A stretch of 63,857 nucleotides of DNA, filler included, from Octopus bimaculoides (taxonomy: Eukaryota), in the NCBI RefSeq assembly GCF_001194135.2. It is 12 parts of 11 records of this genome, joined end to end, with 100 filler letters (N's around TTAATTAATTAA, not from the genome) between each part and the next. Parts side by side here need not be neighbours in the genome. Positions count along the whole stretch, not along the records: positions 48,532 to 55,120 come from NC_068985.1; positions 55,221 to 62,533 come from NC_068996.1; positions 62,634 to 63,857 come from NW_026415270.1; 9 more parts are not named here. One strand, 5' to 3'. A model generated the notes under the pieces. That model worked only from the letters and a program-made list of their open reading frames with translations. It ran no database searches and was not told the DNA's origin. Of the stretch, positions 50,203-63,857 are shown one piece after another. A program made the translations under genes and the position numbers. Numbering within the stretch: the stretch's first letter is position 1; every line of letters begins with the position of its first letter.

Positions 50203-50370
50203 TAAGAAGCTTGCTTATGATTCCGGGTTCAGTCCTATTGCGTGGTGCCTTGGGTATGCATCTTCTAATATAACCTCGGGCCGACCAAATCATTTGGATT
50301 TGGTAGACGGAAACTGAAAGAAGCCTGTCATGTGTGTGTATGTATGTACACACACACACACTCGCACGCG

Positions 50371-50419
<49 letters not shown>

Positions 50420-50650
50420 GTATATATGTATGATTGTGTGTCTGTTTGTCCCCATCCCACACCCCATCGCTTGACAACCGATGTTGGTGTGTTTTCGTCT
50501 CTGTAACTTAGTGGTTCGGCAAAAGATACCATAAGAATAAGTACTACTAGACTTACAAAGGATAAGTCCAGTGATCGATTTGTTCGACTAAAGGCGGTGC
50601 TCCAGCATGGCCGCAGTCAAATGACTGAAACAGCTAAAGGAATAAAGGAA
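50200..50650 (+). mobile_element. Composite SINE B/C copy
   Basis: Head remnant ggtaagaagcttgc..ccgggttcagtcc, internal (CA)n, tail ..aaggcggtgctccagcatggccgcagtcaaatgactgaaaca. Confidence 0.85.
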
Positions 50651-52003
50651 TATATTTATATAGATATAGATATATAGTTATAGATATATAATGCGCTCGT
50701 TGCATACTGTGCTCAGGTGTATAGAACACAACGGAATGAGTTAAAAAGAGGGACAGAAAGTGGCCAGAAGTCAAAGTAAGACACCAATTATAGCTAGAAC
50801 ATGCACGGTATACAGAATATAAATCAAAAAGACAGAAAAAAAAAATAGAAAGAAAATGGAAAGAAAATAGTAAAAGAGTCATAAAGAGGAAAGGGTGCGG
50901 AGGCGCGTCTGGAGTAGTGATGGTAAATTTCAGGAAGCCTGGAATTCTTGAAGGATGTTGTTGTCCTGATAGTTAATAACCGATGCGAGTATTTTTATTC
51001 CGTGCTTCGACAATTTTGGGTGTGAAAAAAATGTTTCACAAAGTTATAAGTGTGATATTTACCTGAGTTTAAGTGTGTTTGTATGCGCATATATATATAT
51101 ATATATATATATAATATTTATTCCGTATCCTACATATGTAAGCACGTAATATAGTGTATATATTCACGCACACACACGCACACACACGTACAATCGTCGT
51201 ACACGCAAGAATTACAGAACACTGATATATTCCCTCTAAAATATACAGGAGAAATATCCATTTCACACAAACTAATGAAGTGTTTAATATTAGAGTATGA
51301 AACACCGTGCACACACATGCGCTCGCGCGCGTATAATGTGGCATAAACACTTCGGTTTATGATTTCTCCCATATCTAGGATGCATTTTAAGAATATAAAC
51401 ATATCCTAATCCTTGGCTGGTCTTTTATTTATATTATCGACTCTAGGAGGAGAAATGAAAAAAAAAAAAAAAAGAAAGATCTAGGCGGGATTTGATCTCG
51501 TAACGTAAAGGCCGTTATTATACATCTGAAGACGTTTAGTCTAACACTTCAGCAATGCTGCTTACCAACTACGCATACACACACACAAGGATATATGTAC
51601 ATACACACTCATCGAATAAGCGGGAAAAGCGGCTTATAGAATGAAAGTACTACAGGATCACGCGCACACGCAGACTCACACACGTAGGCAAACTCGCAAA
51701 GGCGCACACATGCACGCACGCATGCACGTAGGCACGCATGCACGCACACAGTGTTCAAGCAACACACATTCGCACATGCGCCAATTACGTAGCCGTTAAG
51801 GGGTGTGCGTCGACCTGCCACAAATAGCAATCACATCGCATTCAAAGCATAAACAACATACAATATTTATTCCTAAATATGCTCCGTCTGGGAAAGGAAA
51901 GCGAAAAAATAACGAGATAGTCACGGCTAGATTGTCTCCTATCGTGGGTCTGCTGATCAACAGTTACTTGGTTTTCACAAGAGCTGGATGGAATGAGGAA
52001 GGG

Positions 52004-52036
<33 letters not shown>

Positions 52037-52204
52037 TATAGATAGATAGAGTGTGAAAGAGAGGAGATTCAGATCCATATGCATAAATGGAAATACAGAG
52101 ATATACGGCTGTGTTAATTTACACACACCGTCATGTACACACTCATACACAGACATAATCTCATCAGCACACAATCGCAGATACACATACACATACCGCA
52201 TGCT

Positions 52205-52289
<85 letters not shown>

Positions 52290-52293
<4 letters not shown>

Positions 52294-52683
52294 ACGACGG
52301 GCTTCTTTCACTTTCCGTCTACCACATCCACTCATGAGTGCTTGGTCGGCCCATGGCTTTAGTAGAAGACACTAGCTCAAGGTGCCAAGCAGTGGGACTG
52401 AATCCAGAACCATGTCATTGGGAAGCAAGCTTCTTACCACACAGCCACGTATATATCTTTTATCCTTTACTGGTTTTAGTCACTGGACTGCGACCATGCT
52501 GGGATACTGCTTCGAAAGGTTTTTTTATAGTCAAAGGAATCGATCCCTGAACTTATTATTTATTTATAAGTTTGATACTTATTTTATCGGTCTTTTATTA
52601 CCAAACTGCTAAGTTACAGAGACGTAAATAAACCAAAAATCGGTTGTCTAGCGGTAGTGAAGATACACTAACACAAAAACAAA

Positions 52684-52720
<37 letters not shown>

Positions 52721-53131
52721 CGGGCCTCTTGCAGTTTCCATGTGTATATTCATGTATATGTGCGTAATATATAGCGCGCCCCACTTTCTCTCAAGCACAC
52801 ACACACGCACACACACCATCGTATACACACCTATCCTTATACACATGTATTCCACAATATACCATCACACGTACTATTTATCCACAGATAAGTGTGCGCA
52901 CACACACTTCAAAGCACACAGCACGTTAATGTCGTAAGGATTAACTCCACATAATCCAAGCAATATATAGGCGTAGGAGTGGCTGTGTGGTAAGTAGCTT
53001 GCTTACGAACCACATGGTTCCGAGTTCAGTCCCACTGCGTGGCACCTTGGGTAAGTGTCTTCTACTATAGCCTTGGGCCAACCAAAGCCTTATGAGTGGA
53101 TTTGGTAGACGGAAACTGAATGAAGCCCGTC

Positions 53132-53163
<32 letters not shown>

Positions 53164-53460
53164 TTTTAAATAAAGCATATTACTCTACCTCTGGTATTTG
53201 AGTACTCTTTTTTCCACCTTGTTGCACATTTCATGTGTTTACTCCGGTATATATATATGTGTGTGTGTGTGTTTGTACGTATGTATGTGTCTGTATATAT
53301 ATTTATGTGTCTGTGTTTGTCCCCCCGACATCGCTTGACAACCGATGGTTGTGTGTTTACGTCCCCGTAACCTAGCGGTTCGGCAAAGCGGTGGTGGAGA
53401 CACACTAACACAAAGACAAACGCATATATATATATATATGACGGACTTCTTTCATTTTCC
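52290..53460. mobile_element. Cluster of B/C SINE modules in both orientations
   Basis: Minus head 52293-52450, minus tail 52460-52725, plus head 52970-53135, plus tail part 53305-53390. There is a direct repeat of about 90-100 bp (52650-52750 vs 53388-53470). Confidence 0.8.
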
Positions 53461-53626
53461 ATGTGTAAATATATTATATGTATATGTATCCCTGTATCTA
53501 TTTAAATAATTGTATATGTTTGCTGATAACCCTATTTTTGTTCGTTCCATTCTAAACAAAACTACCCGACGAACGGGAACGTGAAACTCTGAGTAACAGT
53601 TTTTGTCATATTTTTGCTGCTTTGAG

Positions 53627-53668
<42 letters not shown>

Positions 53669-53827
53669 AGAGAAAGAAAGAGAGGTGGAGAGAGATACAG
53701 GTTTTGTGATGCAAACAGGAAAAATTAAACTTAAAACATGAGTATATGTATATATATTTTATCAATATTTAACAGAGGCTACCAAGTAACTCAAGGGCCG
53801 AGAGTTCGTGCGTGAATACATATCAAA

Positions 53828-53881
<54 letters not shown>

Positions 53882-54111
53882 TACTCACATGCACATGCAT
53901 ATAACTCTACGTACATATGCATTTCTACAGACGCCGCATGCACAGACAAGCACACACAGGCATACACAAACAGCTACAAGAGAGGCACCTCGTCGTCACT
54001 GGATCTTGCTCGAAAGAGCTGGCAAAAACCTCCCTCAAGCAACCTTACTGAATTCATTAAGGAAAGGGACATATTAAATGCTGACGACGACCACCACCAC
54101 GACCACCATCA

Positions 54112-54161
<50 letters not shown>

Positions 54162-55039
54162 AACACCACCGCCACCACAACGACGACCCTCAGCACAGTC
54201 ACAACCTCCACAAAAATNNNNNNNNNNCCACGACGAGGACGACGACGACGACCACCTAAACCACGACCACCACCACCACCACCACATACTTTATAGCTAT
54301 ACTCACGTGCAAGCTACCACAAGATCACTTCACAATCAGTTACTGGTGATATACCTACATACATACATACATACATACATACACATACACACACACACAC
54401 ACACATACACACATGCATACAGTTAAACTTGTGCATACGCACACATTTATATTGACTAATCAATATTGTGTACACATACATGTTTGTCTCTGTTAGAGTG
54501 TGCGCGCGTCTATGTATATACACAGACCAATCAATACCATGTGTGTGTGTGAACGTGTATGTGTGCGCATAAATATGTGTGAGTGCACATAGGTATGTAT
54601 ATATATACGCACACAAGCAGACCAATCAATATTATATATATATAAACATACCTGAGTATGGGTGTGTATTTAGAGATGTATGTGTGTGGTGTGTATACGT
54701 ACGTAAGTTTATAATCACACACAGGACAATCAATATTATCTATATGCGTGTGTGTGCGTGTGTTTGTTCGTGTGTGTGCACGTTCGAATGTATGTATACA
54801 CGCATAACGATGTATCAAAATTGTATGTGTATAATTGCACGTAAGTGTGTATGCAAATATGAGCGTGTAGGTGTGTGCGTGTGTGCATTACGCACACACA
54901 AACATAAATATATACGTGTGTGTGACTAATGATTTCTTTAATATTTTGGAGAATATTGTATACATAAAAGTAAACAAAATTATACAAGCAGGTATATATA
55001 TATATATGTATGTATCTATGTATGTGTGTGTGTATGTTT

Positions 55040-55120
<81 letters not shown>

Positions 55121-55227
55121 NNNNNNNNNNNNNNNNNNNNNNNNNNNNNNNNNNNNNNNNNNNNTTAATTAATTAANNNNNNNNNNNNNNNNNNNNNNNN
55201 NNNNNNNNNNNNNNNNNNNNATGTATC

Positions 55228-55281
<54 letters not shown>

Positions 55282-55310
55282 AATCTATCTATCTATCTAT
55301 CTATCTATCA

Positions 55311-55384
<74 letters not shown>

Positions 55385-55621
55385 ATATCTATCTATATAC
55401 ATAGATAGAATAGATATACTTAGACCTATACTCACACACACACACATACATATATATAGATACCAGAATAAGCCCATAAATGTGAAACAGTACTCGAATA
55501 CTGAAGGTATTATTAATGCTGCAAAAATATCACAAAAAACTGCTGTTACAGAGTTTCTCAACGAAAAGTGTCCAACGAACGTGAAACTCCGAGTAACAGG
55601 TTTTTTGGTGTTTTGGTTAGG

Positions 55622-55895
55622 GTTTGATGTTTTGGTTAGGATCTCATTACTGTGAGATCGTGGGTTCGATTTCCAGACCGGGTGTTGCGTTGTGTTCTTG
55701 AGCAAGCACTTCATTTCACGTTGCTCTGCGATCATTTCGATATCTAACATGTGGCACCCGTTGCACCTGTAAAGGTAATGTCGATCTGATGGAGGGAGTG
55801 AGATTTTGTCTATACAAACACTTGATCACTATCAACAAATTATCTGTGTGGTAGTTCGGTTAGAAATTGTCGAAGGCTCGTACGATCAACTAAAA
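55622..55895 (+). mobile_element. tRNA-derived SINE-like element
   Basis: ttggttagg..gatcgtgggttcgatttccagaccggg (B-box) followed by ttgtgttcttgagcaagcacttcatttcacgttgctc, a CORE-like SINE body. Confidence 0.6.
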
Positions 55896-56664
55896 TGTAC
55901 TCCATCTAGTGAGAGAGAAATATTATTTGATAAAAACAATATATATTTTTATGAGCTACATACGATGAAAACAACTTAAGCAACATTTTGTAACGTTTTC
56001 GTCTCCACGCAATCATCAGGTTGTGCTCACATGTTAAGAACAGGACGATAGGACGAGAGAGAAAAAAAACAAGAAAAGACGAGAACAAAGTAGATGCAAA
56101 AGGTGGAAGGTTGAAAAACCAGAAAAAGAAAAAGAAAACAGAAAAATGCAAGAGGCAAAGACGCTCTTTTTCGTTTTTTTACTTATCCTATTTTCCTGTT
56201 CTTAGCATGTAATGTCATGTGGGCACAACCAGAGGATTGCGCGAAGACAACAGAGGTGGTATAAAATGTTGTTTAAGTTGTTTTCAAACTAATAGTATAN
56301 NNNNNNNNNNNNNNNNNNNNNNNNNNNNNNNNNNNNNNNNNNNNNNNNNNNNNNNNNNNNNNNNNNNNNNNNNNNNNNNNNNNNNNNNNNNNNNNNNNNN
56401 NNNNNNNNNNNNNNNNNNNNNNNNNNNNNNNNNNNNNNNNNNNNNNNNNNNNNNNNNNNNNNNNNNNNNNNNNNNNNNNNNNNNNNNNNNNNNNNNNNNN
56501 NNNNNNNNNNNNNNNNNNNNNNNNNNNNNNNNNNNNNNNNNNNNNNNNNNNNNNNNNNNNNNNNNNNNNNNNNNNNNNNNNNNNNNNNNNNNNNNNNNNN
56601 NNNNNNNNNNNNNNNNNNNNNNNNNNNNNNNNNNNNNNNNNNNNNNNNNNNNNNNNNNNNNNNN

Positions 56665-56706
<42 letters not shown>

Positions 56707-57615
56707 TGTGTGTGTGTGTGTGTGTATACTTACACACATCATATATGTGTGTATTGCGTGTGATTTAACTTGTGTATGATGATTAATTATTATATTGATG
56801 GCCAACATCTATGTAATTTATAAAATTTGGCATTACTAAATGGTTCACTTCTTGTGAAAAACATCAGAAGCTTATTTAAAAAAAAACTTCCGTTACCTTG
56901 TAATAAATTTTAATGAGAGAAACTGCAATATATAAATTAGTTAATTAAAAAATAAAATTTAAAATGTAAATAGGAAAAGATAACTACAAACAAAGAATGA
57001 AAGAATACATTTCAACTGGAAAAAATAGTGGTGCCGTGATTTTTTTACAGTGATACCAGTTCTTGTAATTAATTAGAAAACTAATCTTAAGAATAACAAC
57101 AATAACAAACAATAAAGGCAATACCATAAGTAAGATATAATGAAAATTCAAACCGAAAATAGATTTTTTAAATAAAATTTATCACTTGATTAAAACTAGT
57201 TAAATGCTTTCATTGTAAGAAGGGGATAGTCTTAGTTTTATGTGAGAAATATTAATGCAATAAAAAAAATAAGTAGCGTAAACGACAAAGTGAATGGAGA
57301 AGATATGCTTAAAACGAGAATTCTATCTATACACATACACACACGAAACGCACATATGACACACACACCCACACTCAAACACACACATACACAAATACAC
57401 ACGCACACATATGATACACATACACAAAAACACGCAACATATGCATGTCTATATACATGTACATTATATATATTCATATATGTGGGTGTATGTGTGTGCG
57501 TGTGTGAATGTGTGTGCGTGTGTATGTGTGCGCGTGTGCATATTTATATATATACATATAGATATATATGCACCAGCATACTCATGTACACGTATATATA
57601 TATATATATGTGTGC

Positions 57616-57656
<41 letters not shown>

Positions 57657-57702
57657 NNNNNNNNNNNNNNNNNNNNNNNNNNNNNNNNNNNNNNNNNNNN
57701 NN

Positions 57703-57752
<50 letters not shown>

Positions 57753-58061
57753 TATGTGTGTACAGGACGTCACCAACAGTGAACAACATGAAATACAAAA
57801 GAGTTAAATGCGCAAATAACGAGAGAAAAATGGAAAGCTAGACAAGTAATAGAAAGAATACAGAGAACGACCCTTCATCAGTTGTCAGCTGTCTATCTAC
57901 TCCCCATTTCGAGCAATCAAAGACAATATGAGTCTTCGAAGACAGTTGCTTCCATAAATATCAAAATAAAATTTTGGATCTATGACGGGTCAAAGTTGGG
58001 AACAAAAACAGAGAGAGATAAGAGACGCCCAGTCCTTAGAACGTGCGCGCAGGAAAATAAA

Positions 58062-58133
58062 GATGGTCACGTGAGGAAAAGGAAGATGACCGATGGTCAC
58101 GTGAGGAAAAGGAAGATGGACGATGGTCACGTG
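58062..58133. repeat. 30-bp minisatellite, 2.4 units, each containing GTCACGTG
   Basis: gatggtcacgtgaggaaaaggaagatgacc / gatggtcacgtgaggaaaaggaagatggac / gatggtcacgtg. Confidence 0.9.
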
Positions 58134-61100
58134 TGAGCAATGAGAGAAAAAGAGAAAGAGGGGAGAGAGAGAGAGACAGATAGAAAACGGTAAAACGTCA
58201 GACAAAGAAGCAGATTAAAATACATATACAGACGTGTTTTGGTGTTTTAGGAGTGGTTATTAACCTAATCGGAATGTGAGAAATATATACTTAGGTACAA
58301 AGTAATGTTCAATAAATAAGGTATGGCTAAGTGTACAAGAGGTTCGCTTTTAGCCACAGGGTTCCAAGTTTGAAATTATTTCTAGCATCTTAGGCAGATT
58401 TAAATTTAGTAGATATACGCTTGTGTTTATGTATGTATGTATTTGCGCGTGTGTTGCATGTGCGTACGTCTAGGTAGCCATATTCATGTATACCTGTGTG
58501 TCCCTTATCGCCTGCTACATCCTTTTATATTCATAACCGTTCGAAAATAAATTCGATAAAATTAATATCAAATTAAAATTAGTATTGGTTTCGTCTAAAA
58601 GCTTTGAAGTATGTACCTCAGCACAGTCGCAGTCCAATTGTTTTAAGTCGTAAAAAAGAAAAACTTAAACACTTAAACAAGACAAGCTAACGTTATATTA
58701 ATATTTCCAGAAACGTAAAGGCTGGAGATAACCAAAAGCAGAGGCCTATCATTAACGTTGCAGTGTGTACTAAATTGAAAAGACAACTAACATTTCTTGG
58801 AATCCAGTACTGTTTTTTTCTGAAGTAACGCTGTCTCTTAAAAGGAAAAATAATCGCACAAATGTGTAGTTTGCAACTACTGCGTTCAGGTATGTATTCC
58901 CTTTAGATGTACTCATATAGGATAGTAAGACAGAGATAACCAACAGTTATACAGTACTCATACTCACACACTTTGCAAAATCTCATAACGCAATATTAAC
59001 AAGTATAGGTTTATAGCAGGCTCAAACTTAAGACGCTATAAACTGCTCACCAAGTGGGATCGTAAGCTAAAATATATGCTATTGTGATTCATATTTTGTA
59101 CGTGGTGTAATTATTGACAATTATTGAAATTATTGACAATTATGTCTTCGCTCATTGTTATCCGCCGAAAACTTCACAATTAAAAGTATTCTCATCCACT
59201 TGAATCACAATTTGAATTCTTTGCTGTTTTTTTTTTGTTTTTTTTTTTCTGAATGTGTTGTTGATACGTCGAAATATTATTAGTTAAGAATGAATGCTGT
59301 TTTTTCATTCTGTGTGCGCGCGCGCGTGTATGTATGTAACAAAACAAGAAGAAAGAGCTACTGTTGTGTAGAATTTCTGATCCAACAATAATATTAGGTT
59401 TAATCATTTAACTGCGTTTGACTTCTTCATTTTTAAAATATAGGTGACAATGTTATTACCGACTCAGAAATATTTTGTCAGTTACTTGTCTTCAAGATTT
59501 CATCTGATAAAAATTATGAATTTCTAGAAATATATAACCTGCTTGGAATATGAATATTTCAAATTTATCCAAATCCTTCTCTCGTCTTGAAAGTTAAAAG
59601 AAAGTTCAATCAACAAATAACTTATTTGTCGAGAAGCCTACTCGTTTCTTATCTGTTGTATCGCCTATACCGTCAGGGACTCAGTATGAACCTTCTATCA
59701 CTCTATAGGAGTAAGTATAAAGTATCTTATTATTTTCTTTCTGATAAAGTCTTCCTTCCATTTTACATTTATTTCTGCTATTTCTGTTTCGTTCTACGAA
59801 ACTTTCTGTTGTTTTGTTCTGTTTTCTGTATATAATTTCCTTTGTTGTATCTTTTTATCTTTTTCTAACACGGGAGCGTTTACTCAACAAAAATATTTAA
59901 TGTGGTAACCGGTTCAAAATATACTTACGTACGTCTTAATAAGTCGTAATTAATTAGCCAGGTTTTATTGTGCAATTCGACAGTCACATCAGCCTACAGC
60001 ACATCAATTTACATTCTTGTCACTAAATGGGCACCATATCAGCTGTGGAATTCTTCCTCATATAAAATACTGTCCCATCTAAAGGTTTGAATTAACTGAC
60101 ATTCGCTTTACATTAAGGAATTAGAATTAGTTATTGGGTTTTTAGAAGATTATTGAGGTTTTCGATAAATAATACATACCAAATTTAAAAGGTTTTATAA
60201 TCATAAATAAATAATTATAATTCATATCTGTGATCAAGTACTGAATTTTCCATGTGAAATTCAAATCAAAAATTCTTTATTTAAAGCACTAAACCAGTTT
60301 ATAAATATGTATTCTTTCTCACACATTCATTTTCTTGTATATGCATAAATACAATGAATGTTTTTAAATACACAAACTTAGTCATTCTAAAATGTTTAGT
60401 TTTAAATAAATTGCTCACAAAATTTGACTTACATATGTAAACTGTTTGATAATGTTTAAATTAAAAATAGAATTAGATAATAATGTCTAGTTAACTGACA
60501 TATTTGCTCACTGTGTTTATCGAAAATAGATAATCTAATCAAGATGCGATTGATAACTTGCTATACTATACGTTAGAAGAAAACAACATACTCTGTAAAC
60601 GCAAATTACAGAGGAAATTCCAATAGAATATATGTTGATGAATTGCAGTTCTGAAGATAAGATACTCAAATGCCTTTAGAGTTTCGAAATTCTACTTTCT
60701 AGATTGAAATTGTAGACGGTTGACTTCGATTTTGTCATAATGTTGTTCATTAAAGAACTATATTAATGCACTGTAGTACATTTCACATTCTGAAACTGTA
60801 AAATATGTTTTCTTTGCATTAAAAGAACAAACATTAATACACTTCGAAGTTTACCGATTTGTTACTGAGGTATTTCTAAAATAGTGTTTGTTGTAAAAAG
60901 TACAGTTCTTAGCACTCAAAAACATATATTATTTAGGAGCCTTCAGAAATTTAATGTCACAGACATGTTTACTTTTTAAATATGTTTCATTTGCAAACTT
61001 TCAAAAACAATTAACCGTTGCTTATATATAAGATCGNNNNNNNNNNNNNNNNNNNNNNNNNNNNNNNNNNNNNNNNNNNNNNNNNNNNNNNNNNNNNNNN

Positions 61101-61538
61101 NNNNNNNNNNNNNNNNNNNNNNNNNNNNNNNNNNNNNNNNNNNNNNNNNNNNNNNNNNNNNNNNNNNNNNNNNNNNNNNNNNNNNNNNNNNNNNNNNNNN
61201 NNNNNNNNNNNNNNNNNNNNNNNNNNNNNNNNNNNNNNNNNNNNNNNNNNNNNNNNNNNNNNNNNNNNNNNNNNNNNNNNNNNNNNNNNNNNNNNNNNNN
61301 NNNNNNNNNNNNNNNNNNNNNNNNNNNNNNNNNNNNNNNNNNNNNNNNNNNNNNNNNNNNNNNNNNNNNNNNNNNNNNNNNNNNNNNNNNNNNNNNNNNN
61401 NNNNNNNNNNNNNNNNNNNNNNNNNNNNNNNNNNNNNNNNNNNNNNNNNNNNNNNNNNNNNNNNNNNNNNNNNNNNNNNNNNNNNNNNNNNNNNNNNNNN
61501 NNNNNNNNNNNNNNNNNNNNNNNNNNNNNNNNNNNNNN

Positions 61539-61569
<31 letters not shown>

Positions 61570-61572
61570 TAT

Positions 61573-61970
61573 AGGCGCAGGCGTTGGGCTGTTTTAAGAA
61601 GCTTGCTTTCCAACCACATGGTTCTGGGATCATTCCACAGCGCGGCACCTTGAGCCAGTCTCTTCTACTATCGACTCGTGCCGACCAAAGCCTTCTGAGT
61701 GGATTTGGTAAATGGAAACTGAAAGAAGCCCGACATGTATATACGTATATTTACACACACACACACATATGTATATGCATACGTTTTTGTATCTGTGTTT
61801 GTTTCCCTACCATTGCTTGTGTTTACGTCTCCGTAACCTAGCGGTTCGGCTTAAATAAACCGATAGAATAAGTACTAGGCTTGCAAAAAATCAGTCCTGG
61901 GGTGGATTTCTACGACCAAAGGCGGTGCTCTACTATGGCTGAAACAAGTAAAATTATAAAAGAATAAAAG
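61573..61970 (+). mobile_element. Composite SINE B/C copy
   Basis: ggcgcaggcgttggctgtt..aagcttgctttccaaccacatggttctggg..ggaaactgaaagaagcccg, then a microsatellite, then gtttacgtctccgtaacctagcggttcggc..aaggcggtgctc. Confidence 0.85.
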
Positions 61971-62155
61971 GATATATATATTCATTTGCTTGCAAATGTT
62001 TTTCTACCTGGATTTACAGTAATGAAATAACGTGCTGGAGTTTCACGACTTATTATCAGTTGTAATCTTAATTACCGATGATATATATTATTTTTGTTTT
62101 ATTCATTATTTTTGTTTTATTCATGTACATATATACGCACGTTCACAGTGAAAGC

Positions 62156-62194
<39 letters not shown>

Positions 62195-62882
62195 TGTGTG
62201 TGTGTGTTGTGTGTGTGTGTGGATGTGTGTGTGCGTGTACGTGGGTGTGTGTGCGCGTGCGTATACGTACATTGTTTTTGTTGGCACTCCGTCGCTTACG
62301 ACGACGAGGGTTCCAGTTGATCCTATCAACGGAACAGCCTTAACGTAGTTCTCGGGGATATTCAGCGTGACACAGTGTGACAAGGCTGACCCTTTGAAAT
62401 ACAGGTACAACAGAAACAGGAAGAAAGAGTGAGAGAAAGTTGTGGTGAAAGAGTACAGCAGGGTTCGCCAGCATCCCCTGCCGGAGCCTCGTGGAACTTT
62501 AGGTGTTTTCGCTCAATAAACACTCACAACGCCNNNNNNNNNNNNNNNNNNNNNNNNNNNNNNNNNNNNNNNNNNNNTTAATTAATTAANNNNNNNNNNN
62601 NNNNNNNNNNNNNNNNNNNNNNNNNNNNNNNNNTACACATATCTACATATCCACATATCCATTTGTAGACAGACACGCATCCATGAAGCCGACATCTTTT
62701 AGAGAAAGAATGGTTAACCAACACTGAAAGGAATATATTTAATTTGTGGAGCAACTTGCAGACAAAAGATTCTATTTATGTTTCGGATTTTATCTCCTAA
62801 AGAATATATTGCTGTATTTTACCACAAAAACAACTTTTTACTCAACACATTAAATCTACTCGAACATTCGATATAAACATTA

Positions 62883-62913
<31 letters not shown>

Positions 62914-63613
62914 TGTATGCATGTATGTATGTATGTATGTATGTATGTATGTATGTATGTATGTGTGAATATATGTACGCATGTATGCAGGCATATAAAC
63001 GCATGTATGCATATACATATGTATACAGATATATGAGTGTCTGTGTCAGTGTGTGTGTGTATACGCATATTTGTATGAAAGTATGTAGGCATATATACTG
63101 ATGTATGCATATGTATACATATTTATATACGCATATATATATATCTGTGTATACATATGCGTATATGTGTGTGCATATATGTATATATATATGTGCGTGT
63201 GTATAAATATATATACATACATAAGTACGTATATGTATGTGTGTGTGTATATATACATATATATACATATATATATAAATATAGTGTGTGTGTGTATATG
63301 TGTGTGTATGTACGTAAAGGCTTGTGCCAGCCATATCTCCCGGTCATGCATCGTCTCTCTATTATATGTTTTCCATACTAAGGCTATAGATAGCTTTAAA
63401 CACTCGGTGTTATTATTTACGATGTGCACTCTTGCATTACAAGTTTATATTGATATCTACTTTCAGATATTTTGGACTGTCTCGCGAGATGTTTTGCAAT
63501 GAGAATATTCATACTGCATATATGCACAAATGCACACACACGCGCACGTGTGTGCGCTATGTCCGGTCATAGAGTGAACAATGATTTCGCATCCACAAAG
63601 GGCTTATAGCCCC

Positions 63614-63698
63614 ATGGACGACTCATCAAACCCAACAGCCGAAGGCCATATAGTTCTTCAATACTCGGAGGAAGAAATCCGTTACGGTCAGGTAGTTG
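63614..63698 (+). CDS. Candidate first coding exon of an unidentified downstream gene
   Basis: gccccATGG start context, open frame MDDSSNPTAEGHIVLQYSEEEIRYGQVV(G), strong donor G|gtaagt at 63699. No homology recognised. Confidence 0.3.
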
Positions 63699-63857
63699 GT
63701 AAGTAAACTATATATATATAATAAAATAACCGGTAGAAGTTACAGTGTCCTTAAGGCCGAGAGTTTCATGCTATAGAAGAAAAAAAAAAACTAACCGAAA
63801 GTATCACGCAGTGGCACTGAACCCGGAACCATGTGGTTGGGAAGCAAGCTTCTTACC

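Noticed and set aside
52970-53045. tRNA gene
   Set aside because: The A/B-box region continues into a SINE body found many times in the window, and there is no intact cloverleaf.
57860-57950. CTGATGA and GAAA on minus as a hammerhead ribozyme (also CTGATGA near 8954)
   Set aside because: Stems I-III and the NUH cleavage site could not be formed.
59443-59552. Possible terminal exon (GDNVITDSEIF..LLGI*) with AT-rich 3' UTR
   Set aside because: No homology to macro-PARP or any known domain; the splice signal alone is insufficient.

Overview
Eukaryotic, AT-rich, microsatellite-saturated draft-genome window with many N gaps. The SINE, RTE and microsatellite landscape is typical of an octopod cephalopod (Octopus-like); this is an inference from repeat style, not a database match. 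Almost all ORFs in the supplied track are microsatellite or gap artefacts. The one well-supported host gene is a + strand macrodomain gene (PARP14/PARP9/PARP15 macro-PARP type), with three phase-compatible GT-AG exons at 46472-47908. The rest is mobile DNA. It includes a decayed, internally deleted Ty3/Gypsy LTR element (20.1-23.2 kb, minus) interrupted by an RTE-group LINE with a 5' inversion and a 7-bp TSD, plus Tx1/L1-like, Penelope-like and several RTE fragments. It also has a Tc1/mariner (maT-like) relic, several MITEs including a 675-bp foldback, and dozens of tRNA-derived SINE copies, some in tandem or head-to-head arrays. Eleven copies of TTAATTAATTAA inside N runs are synthetic assembly spacers. 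I found no convincing wholly new biological system. The best second-look items are the macrodomain gene, the twin-primed LINE nested in the Gypsy, the fold-back structures and an unexplained diverged duplicate (about 3.8 kb vs 40.5 kb).
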